Of a stretch of 64,000 bases of DNA, positions 28,039 through 34,477 are shown piece after piece; within the stretch, counting starts at the first letter, position 1; the number at the start of each line of letters is the position of its first letter. The translations under genes and the position numbers were made by a program. This DNA comes from an uncultured virus (IMG/VR IMGVR_UViG_3300028844_005252). Lineage: Duplodnaviria; Heunggongvirae; Uroviricota; Caudoviricetes. Under the pieces are notes generated by a model. That model saw only the letters and a program-made list of their open reading frames with translations. It did not search any database and had not been told where the DNA came from. The stretch lies in the IMG/VR virus record IMGVR_UViG_3300028844_005252; one strand, given 5' to 3'.

Positions 28039-28365
28039 ATGAATAAATCCACACTCAAAATCACATTACCACAATCAATAACTGACGACTTCCGTAAACT
28101 CTATGTAAAACCTAGCACCAAACACGGTTATAACTTCACCGAAATAGGTATAGACACATCAGATATCACATGGGCCTCAGACAGAATATACATAATACAA
28201 GATTTACTAACTCAATTGCTCAGTATTTCAAAAGATAAAAAAACAGTTGAAGCACAACTAACAGCAATCAACACAATATTACAATCCATGCTCAGTAATA
28301 TGGAATCACACGATAATTACAAAACGCTTCATGAAACAGAATTTACAGCAACACCTCAGCCATAA
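28039..28365 (+). CDS. Hypothetical protein
   Basis: 108-aa ORF with early-region codon bias. Confidence 0.55.
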   Translation: MNKSTLKITLPQSITDDFRKLYVKPSTKHGYNFTEIGIDTSDITWASDRIYIIQDLLTQLLSISKDKKTVEAQLTAINTILQSMLSNMESHDNYKTLHETEFTATPQP

Positions 28366-28426
28366 AGTTCCGTTAATGGATCGGTTGTGAGGGGGGAGAG
28401 GAATTTTCTTTTTCCTTCGCTCCCTC
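28365..28426 (+). promoter_or_regulatory. Early-region motif copy 2 plus hairpin
   Basis: AAGTTCCGTTAATGGATCGGTTGTGAGG followed by a purine/pyrimidine hairpin. Confidence 0.65.
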
Positions 28427-28460
28427 GTTTCAATTTTATGCCGACTGATCATTGGCATAA

Positions 28461-28819
28461 GGGGAAGCATGTAGCTTAGCCGTACAGAGGGCTAACATGC
28501 ACAAATTGTTCTAACTCTTAGCAGAGTATCTCGAGTTCAAATGAACAGGAAAGATTTCAGACATGAATAGAATAGGTTTCGGATGATCAAGAGAAATTGC
28601 AGAGAGTATGCCTGTCCAATAACTGATGAGTTGGATGATGATGCAAAGTAGACAACCTAGTGGAAGAAGCTTTGTAAATCGTATCGTAGCTGATACCTCT
28701 CGTACTTCAGTATGGCAAAAACCATAATTGAACTTATGCGTTTATCTTCTCACTCGCAAGAGTGTCGCATAGAATATCTTGAACATATCGGATGCAGGTA
28801 TCCAATCCTGTCCCCATCA
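28461..28819 (+). ncRNA. Large structured ncRNA with tmRNA-like landmarks
   Basis: No ORF of 60 aa or more. Ends pair (GGGG/CCCC). At least 10 hand-found helices, including GNRA-capped CACTC-GCAA-GAGTG and TTCA-GACA-TGAA. Bounded by the repeated motif and a terminator-like hairpin. Confidence 0.65.
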
Positions 28820-28840
28820 ATTTCTTCACTCATAATAGTG

Positions 28841-28880
28841 ATCCCGTCATCATCTTAACAGGTGGTGGCGGGATTTCTCT
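28841..28880 (+). terminator. Terminator-like hairpin after the ncRNA
   Basis: ATCCCGTCATCATC/GGTGGTGGCGGGAT, whose G-U pairs work only on the + strand; weak U tract. Confidence 0.6.
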
Positions 28881-29031
28881 ATGGCATGGCTAGCTACTAT
28901 CATTATGTCACTAGCGTTTAATAGCAGGGTGATGTCCTAACCAGACTACATCCTTAAATCTCTACATCACTATTAAAGTGTCCCCTTCGGGAGGTTTTAA
29001 ATTGTTACTCAGGTGACCACCTGTCGGTGGT

Positions 29032-29084
29032 GTTCCGAGCATGGATCGATTGTGAGGAGGGAGGGGAATTCTTCTTCTCCACTC
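29032..29084 (+). promoter_or_regulatory. Early-region motif copy 3 plus hairpin
   Basis: GTTCCGAGCATGGATCGATTGTGAGG... Confidence 0.65.
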
Positions 29085-29116
29085 ATTTATTAATCCCGTA
29101 TCAGGAGACAAATACC

Positions 29117-29479
29117 ATGCCATTACCAACACTACAACAAAACCTTCCCGAAGGAAACCATACCCTTACCTTAAAGAATAGCTCATTAGAGCAAAGTGGA
29201 AGAGGAGAACGATTAGTGCTCTATTGGGAGAAAGCAGGAGCCAAGACTGTTACTCAGTCATGGATACCTACCGATAATATGAAAAGGCTTATGGAGGAAT
29301 CCATAGTGAAGCTCGATCTAGGAGAGCTTTATCCTGCCAAGCCTGCCAAGTCCATAGAAGGCTTATTCGGTCAAGTCCATAACCTTGTCCAAGCATACCG
29401 TGAAAAGGGTGCTGATGACATAAAGCGTAAAGTGAAAATCATCACGAACTCGAGAGGCTATCCCGAGTTCAAAATCTAA
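29117..29479 (+). CDS. Hypothetical protein (possible OB-fold/DUF669-like)
   Basis: CAGGAG Shine-Dalgarno before ATG 29117; LPEGNH...NSRGY pattern. Confidence 0.55.
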   Translation: MPLPTLQQNLPEGNHTLTLKNSSLEQSGRGERLVLYWEKAGAKTVTQSWIPTDNMKRLMEESIVKLDLGELYPAKPAKSIEGLFGQVHNLVQAYREKGADDIKRKVKIITNSRGYPEFKI

Positions 29480-29500
29480 TCATACGAACATAAACCTTAA

Positions 29501-29530
29501 GCACCTGAGTATGTGCGATAACAACTGCTC
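29501..29530 (+). ncRNA. H-type pseudoknot motif, copy 3
   Basis: S1 GCAC/GTGC, L1 CT, S2 GAGTA/TGCTC (U-G wobble), L3 GATAACAAC. Confidence 0.7.
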
Positions 29531-29540
29531 ACCTACTATC

Positions 29541-29926
29541 ATGAGTAAAATCTTAAATTCCGTAGGCATACAAGATGCCGAACAAGTAAAAAGAATAATC
29601 AAAAGAGAAAGTCAGCCAAAAGTAGATTTCTCTAGGTTGCCAAGCAGTTTGGAAAAATGCCTTGCCGAACCCGATAAGCGTCCAAATACTTATCGTCTCT
29701 GCAAATCATTNNNNNNNNNNNNNNNNNNNNNNNNNNNNNNNNNNNNNNNNNNNNNNCTGCAAATGATGTGCTAGGCAGAAAGCCTCACGCTGACATCAGT
29801 AGTGTCAGTGCAAGGTGTTATCGATCTCTTCAGCAAGATATGCTAGGAGCACGCCTGCCTGCCGTAAATATCGAAGCCAAAGTGCATGACGCTTTAGGAT
29901 ACGGTATTCCTAACCTTAACCTTTAA
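29541..29926 (+). CDS. Hypothetical protein spanning the N gap (29711-29756)
   Basis: MSKILN... before the gap; an open frame ANDVLGRK...NLNL* after it ends just before a terminator. Confidence 0.45.
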
Positions 29927-29932
29927 CTCCTC

Positions 29933-29975
29933 AGCCTCATCTTCGTACTATCATGTATGGAGGTGAGGTTTTTTT
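29933..29975 (+). terminator. Rho-independent terminator ending the early region
   Basis: GCCTCATCTTCGTAC-TATCAT-GTATGGAGGTGAGGT followed by a T run. Confidence 0.85.
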
Positions 29976-30576
29976 GTGTGGTATTTAATCGAGTTGCTTC
30001 GCAATTGTTAGCGTCTTCAACAAACTTGTAAAAGTTTGATACCGACGGGATCTTTATCCATTATCTTAGCGTCTCAAATAGGAACTTTGAGCCACTAAGA
30101 ACCTCCCCACTAAGCAAAAGCCTTTTTGAATAAGTCTTGGGGTTATAGGGGGTAAGCGACGACTCGAGCCACATGCGGAGTGTGAGTCTGCACCACATCA
30201 TGACGCAAGTCGTTGATGATCAGGCACAACATTGACATTGACATTAATGTTGACCCTGACTTGACCTTCATCAGTCCTGATCTGACCCAAGACACCACCC
30301 CTATCCCCCGAGGTACCAACACTATCATCAGCCTCGATATTGAGTATATATAGTATAAGGTAGTAGGTAACCTTTGGAAAAGAAATAGGATTCAACAAAA
30401 TGCATGTTATACCAGGCATATACCCGGCAAACCTAAAGTAATACTTCAAATTTAAAGTACTACTTTAAAAATGCACGATATAACATGCATAGATATGTGT
30501 TTGATATACAACCGATAGACCCCCCTATGGGTATGGGGTACCTTAAAACTGAATTAAATGTAATTAGGGAACCCAT

Positions 30577-30975
30577 ATGGCAAAAAAACCTAGCAGAAAA
30601 TATATGCAAGAAGACATCCACCGGTTTATGGAGGAGGATGACTTCGCAAGTGCAGCCAATGTTTTAAGAACTGGCATGAAAGCCACCCATACCGTCCGCC
30701 GGAACCGTGAAGGCGGCGAAAGAGGGGTAGAATACGAAGAAGTTGCCGACCACAGCACTAGATTAGCAGCCGCCCGACTCACATTGGAGTACGGATTTGG
30801 GAAACCAGCCACCAGACACGACATTACAATGACCAAAGAGACAACAACCACCGTAACACCGGCCGAAGTTATGCTCAGATTGAAGGAATCCGGTCAAGAT
30901 TTGGCCGAAATCATCGATGTTTACTCTGAAGCAGTAAAAGAAGCCCCAATAGAGATCGAAAATGAACGCGAATAG
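30577..30975 (+). CDS. Putative terminase small subunit
   Basis: DHSTRLAAARLTLEYGFGKP motif; first gene of the late operon, upstream of TerL. Confidence 0.55.
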   Translation: MAKKPSRKYMQEDIHRFMEEDDFASAANVLRTGMKATHTVRRNREGGERGVEYEEVADHSTRLAAARLTLEYGFGKPATRHDITMTKETTTTVTPAEVMLRLKESGQDLAEIIDVYSEAVKEAPIEIENERE

Positions 30976-31492
30976 CCTTAATAATTATTTTGATGTGTTA
31001 GAAGAGGCCGGAAAGAGGGCCGATTTTATAGATAAAAACGCCAAACCACAGCCCTACCAACCTCAAACCATTTCTATAGAAGATTTTCGCAAAAGACAGG
31101 AAAATCAAAGAGTTCAACGCCAGTACGAGGCTTTAGGCCAGTACGAGGCTATGGCTAACGAAGCTCTTGTTGAAAACTTCTTTGACCCCGATTTTGGTTT
31201 AGACAAGGAGTATGAACTGGCTTCCGACAGACCTCTTAACCCAGATCCCGAGCCTCAACCTCAACCTCAACAGCTACCACCAGGCTACGGATATTATGAA
31301 TATGAAGGCAAAAGATATGAAGACCTCGGAAACGGTTGGAATGTACTACAACCAGGACAAGCTGCCCAAGACGCTAATATCGAGAGGGAATATCAGGAAA
31401 AGTTGAAAAATAAGAGAAAACCCGGATTTGTAACGGGCAAACCACTTTTACCCTCCAAGCTGTTTCAAAAACCTACAATAGCACAACGATGA
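30962..31492 (+). CDS. Hypothetical protein
   Basis: Coupled ORF in the late operon. Confidence 0.55.
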   Translation: MNANSLNNYFDVLEEAGKRADFIDKNAKPQPYQPQTISIEDFRKRQENQRVQRQYEALGQYEAMANEALVENFFDPDFGLDKEYELASDRPLNPDPEPQPQPQQLPPGYGYYEYEGKRYEDLGNGWNVLQPGQAAQDANIEREYQEKLKNKRKPGFVTGKPLLPSKLFQKPTIAQR

Positions 31493-31683
31493 CCAAAGAA
31501 ATAAAAACACCCGAAGAGCAGTTCGAGCATGAATTATCTAATGTTTTTGTTCGCTGGTGGGAGGAATCCGACCTCGATGAGCTTGAAATGTCTCAAATTG
31601 CAATAGATGTAGTGGAACGCTTTTGCGACACCACCGTAGAATTTGAACCCGATTTCGATTTGGATGAGGTTGAGGATGAGTGA
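31489..31683 (+). CDS. Small acidic protein
   Basis: ATGA-coupled. Confidence 0.55.
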   Translation: MTKEIKTPEEQFEHELSNVFVRWWEESDLDELEMSQIAIDVVERFCDTTVEFEPDFDLDEVEDE

Positions 31684-31954
31684 CCCAAGACCAGGAGCGT
31701 TTGACCCAGAAGGTGATGGCTATGACTACCGCACCGCTAAAGCCGCGGGTATAAAAGAAGGATCGGACGGTCATTGGCCTTCAAGAGAGCCTAAATCAGG
31801 CAGACTTTTAAAAGGTCGAAAACATAAAACCTTCGAGAAAGGAGTCAAAGCGGACAAAACATTAGGATACGATTTAGAAAAAAGAGCCGACGGTAGATAT
31901 TACACCGTAAAAAGAAAAAGAGCAGGTACAGGTAACCACCCAAAAAACAAATAA
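31676..31954 (+). CDS. Basic phage protein (HWPSR motif)
   Basis: GYDY...GHWPSR...LKGRKHKTF; C-terminus KRAGTGNHPKNK. Confidence 0.6.
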   Translation: MSDPRPGAFDPEGDGYDYRTAKAAGIKEGSDGHWPSREPKSGRLLKGRKHKTFEKGVKADKTLGYDLEKRADGRYYTVKRKRAGTGNHPKNK

Positions 31955-31971
31955 ATTTAACCAACAATATT

Positions 31972-32235
31972 ATGGATAAACAAAGCGAGTATAAAGGCGG
32001 TAGTGGTCAAACTTCTAGTAGGAAGTACGAAAAAAAACTAGATAAAAAAAGAAGAAAGCAGTTTACGGAGGATAACCCCGATCTTCCTCCTCTTCCTCCC
32101 GGTTATAAAAAGGGTAAGAAGAAGGGCTACGATCACTCACTCCCGCTTCCTCCCGGTTACCGTTGGAAAAAAGGAGAGGTCAAGCCTCCTAAGAAAAAAA
32201 GAGCAGGTACAGGAAACCACCCACAAAACAAATAG
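31972..32235 (+). CDS. Basic Pro-rich protein
   Basis: PLPPGY twice; C-terminus KRAGTGNHPQNK. Confidence 0.55.
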   Translation: MDKQSEYKGGSGQTSSRKYEKKLDKKRRKQFTEDNPDLPPLPPGYKKGKKKGYDHSLPLPPGYRWKKGEVKPPKKKRAGTGNHPQNK

Positions 32236-32373
32236 GTGCCAGCAAAAAAGAAAAAATCTAATAAGAAAGGCCCTTGTTGGAAGGGGTACAAAGCAATTGG
32301 TATGAAAAGTAAGGGCGGTAGAAAAGTCCCTAACTGCGTACCTAACAAATCAAAAGGGAGGAGTAAACGATGA
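32236..32373 (+). CDS. Small basic protein with PCWKGY...GRKVPNCVP motif (not in ORF track)
   Basis: GTG start, 45 aa; the motif is recurrent in marine phages. Confidence 0.65.
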   Translation: MPAKKKKSNKKGPCWKGYKAIGMKSKGGRKVPNCVPNKSKGRSKR

Positions 32374-32432
32374 CTCATTGCGGAACAAAGCGAAAGAAGA
32401 AAACCAAAAAGAAAAAAGGTTATGGCAAGTAA
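32370..32432 (+). CDS. 20-aa Lys-rich peptide (not in ORF track)
   Basis: ATGA-coupled; MTHCGTKRKKKTKKKKGYGK. Confidence 0.4.
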   Translation: MTHCGTKRKKKTKKKKGYGK

Positions 32433-32694
32433 GAGAAAACCAAGTAAGCCCATACGGAAGACGACCAAGGGCAAAGGAGCTAATTACCGCACCGCAAAAG
32501 CTGGTGCCGGTATGACGAAGAAGGGCGTAGCAGCTTATCGAAAAGCTAACCCCGGATCTAAGCTCAAGACCGCGGTCACGGGTAAAGTTAAAAAAGGAAG
32601 TAAAGCGGCTAAGCGTCGTAAAGCATTTTGTGCGAGATCTAAGAGTTGGAATGGGGAAAGAGGTAAAGCAGCTCGTCGTCGTTGGAAGTGCTGA
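32422..32694 (+). CDS. Basic phage protein (DUF6321-like)
   Basis: GMTKKGVAAYRKANPGSKLK...RRKAFCARS...RWKC. Confidence 0.75.
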   Translation: MASKRKPSKPIRKTTKGKGANYRTAKAGAGMTKKGVAAYRKANPGSKLKTAVTGKVKKGSKAAKRRKAFCARSKSWNGERGKAARRRWKC

Positions 32695-34451
32695 TGACCG
32701 AAAAAGAGAACCAAATTCAGGACTTAATCCGCATCGATCCAGAGGTGTGGTTTTCTACATTTGCGGTCATTAAGGACAAAAGGGGTAAAGATATTAAACC
32801 TAAAGCGAATACGCTACAAAAGCGTATGTTCGCTCATTATAGAAAGTGTCAGCTTGAGCAAAAACCATGCAAAATGATCATACTGAAACCACGTCAGAAG
32901 GGAGCATCAACGTGTGCTCAAGCGCTGACTTATCATCACATGAGGAAGCACGAGAATCTGGCGGGCTCTCTAATGGGGGACATAGCGGGAACCTCGGACA
33001 AGGTTTTCGAGATTTATCGAAGATATGCGGAAAACGACGCGTTCCCTTGGAACGATACAGGAACAAACCTCGAGGACGGTGGAAGTCTCGCCGACGCGAT
33101 CAAGCTAGTCAGCAAAAGCGTTTACGGCAAAGAGACCGCAGGATCCAAAAATGCAGGTCGAAGCGGAACTATCCAGGTCGGTAACATGACTGAGGTAGCT
33201 TTTTGGCCAAACACAGGTCAAAAAGACCCAGCTCTCGGATATCTACAGTCGCTGTACGACGGCGATAATGTTTCTTTGGTTGTCGCAGACTCAACTCCTA
33301 ATGGTCCAGCCGGTTGGTTCTATAACACATGGGTGCAAGACAACGAATGGGCGAAGATATTTGCGGCATGGTGGGAATTCGAAGATTCCGAGATTCCTTT
33401 CAAATCTAAAGACGAGCTTCAGGATTTCAAGGATACTATGACCGATGATGAGAAGTCAGAAGTCGAGCGTTTCGATGTAACATGGGAACAAATGCATTGG
33501 AGAAGAAGGACTCTTCAAGACAAATGCAACGGTGATGTTTCTAAGTTCCGCCAGGAGTACCCATCTGATCCCGAAGAGTGTTTCTTAATGTCATCCCGAC
33601 CCCGCTTTCAAATGGAGGTATTAAAGGAAATGACGGATGCGGCGGAAAAACAACATTTTAGAACCGGAAATCTGTCCCTACAAGATAACAAGACAGTTTC
33701 ATTCAATTTGGATAGGGCGGGTTCATGGAATATTTACGATGAGCCGGAGCATGATTCTAAGTATATAATTGGAGTAGACACATGCACGGGTGAGGATCAG
33801 CAAATGCAAGGTCTTGCGGCTGATCCCGACTATCATTCCGTTCAGGTTTGGAAAGCTCCTTATGAAGATTGGAACGGGGATTGGCATATTGCTCGTATGG
33901 TAGCCGTGCATCATTCCCGTGTGGATATCGGAGTACTAGCCGAAGAGATTCAAGCCGCAGCCGCATGGTATGGGGGTGCTTTTGTGGTACCCGAAGTTAA
34001 CAATAGTGGTCTGGCTATAATCAAATATCTGCTGGAAGCGGGTGTACATGTCTATCAAAGGCGTAAAGTAAACAATTCGACCGGTATGGTTGAAAAGTTC
34101 TATGGTTGGCAGACGGATAAAATCACCCGAAAGACGGTTATTGACCATATGGCATCCGAATTGATGGATAGGAATTTCGATATTCCCGATAAGGACATAC
34201 TTCAGGAAATGAAAGTATTCGTTATTAACGATAAGGGTAAACCCGAAGCCGCTCCTGGTCACCATGACGACCATGTATTAGCCGCAGCTCTTTGTTTATA
34301 CAACATGGAATCGGCTTCGACATTCAAAGGAGCAAAGAAAAATAAAATTACAACTCGAATGCTTCGTAAAAATCCGAGTCTAATGTGTCCCGATGGTTTT
34401 ATGAGGGTTCCTTTAGGGGCTATTAAACAGAATTACAAGCGGTTGAGGTAG
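32694..34451 (+). CDS. terL: Terminase large subunit
   Basis: ILKPRQKGAST, MTEVAFW, DSTPNG, FRQEYP, IIGVD, VPEVNN, HDDHV. Confidence 0.92.
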   Translation: MTEKENQIQDLIRIDPEVWFSTFAVIKDKRGKDIKPKANTLQKRMFAHYRKCQLEQKPCKMIILKPRQKGASTCAQALTYHHMRKHENLAGSLMGDIAGTSDKVFEIYRRYAENDAFPWNDTGTNLEDGGSLADAIKLVSKSVYGKETAGSKNAGRSGTIQVGNMTEVAFWPNTGQKDPALGYLQSLYDGDNVSLVVADSTPNGPAGWFYNTWVQDNEWAKIFAAWWEFEDSEIPFKSKDELQDFKDTMTDDEKSEVERFDVTWEQMHWRRRTLQDKCNGDVSKFRQEYPSDPEECFLMSSRPRFQMEVLKEMTDAAEKQHFRTGNLSLQDNKTVSFNLDRAGSWNIYDEPEHDSKYIIGVDTCTGEDQQMQGLAADPDYHSVQVWKAPYEDWNGDWHIARMVAVHHSRVDIGVLAEEIQAAAAWYGGAFVVPEVNNSGLAIIKYLLEAGVHVYQRRKVNNSTGMVEKFYGWQTDKITRKTVIDHMASELMDRNFDIPDKDILQEMKVFVINDKGKPEAAPGHHDDHVLAAALCLYNMESASTFKGAKKNKITTRMLRKNPSLMCPDGFMRVPLGAIKQNYKRLR

Positions 34452-34477
34452 TAAATAATTAAAATTAAGGTAATCCA

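Noticed and set aside
28592..28640. Hammerhead ribozyme (GAAA...CTGATGAG)
   Set aside because: No room for stem I between the putative cleavage site and CUGAUGA, and no closing pair for stem II.
28546..28738. RNase P RNA (CAGGAAAGATTTCAG with CATAATTGAACTTAT as P4)
   Set aside because: Only loose resemblance to GAGGAAAGUCC / ACANAANNNGGCUUA and needs a 2-nt bulge; kept only as an alternative for cmscan.
29711..29756. N run
   Set aside because: Assembly gap; the frame across it is uncertain.
30143..30667. Short ORFs 30143..30328, 30198..30449 and 30485..30667
   Set aside because: They translate repeat-rich, probably non-coding DNA and have no protein-like features.
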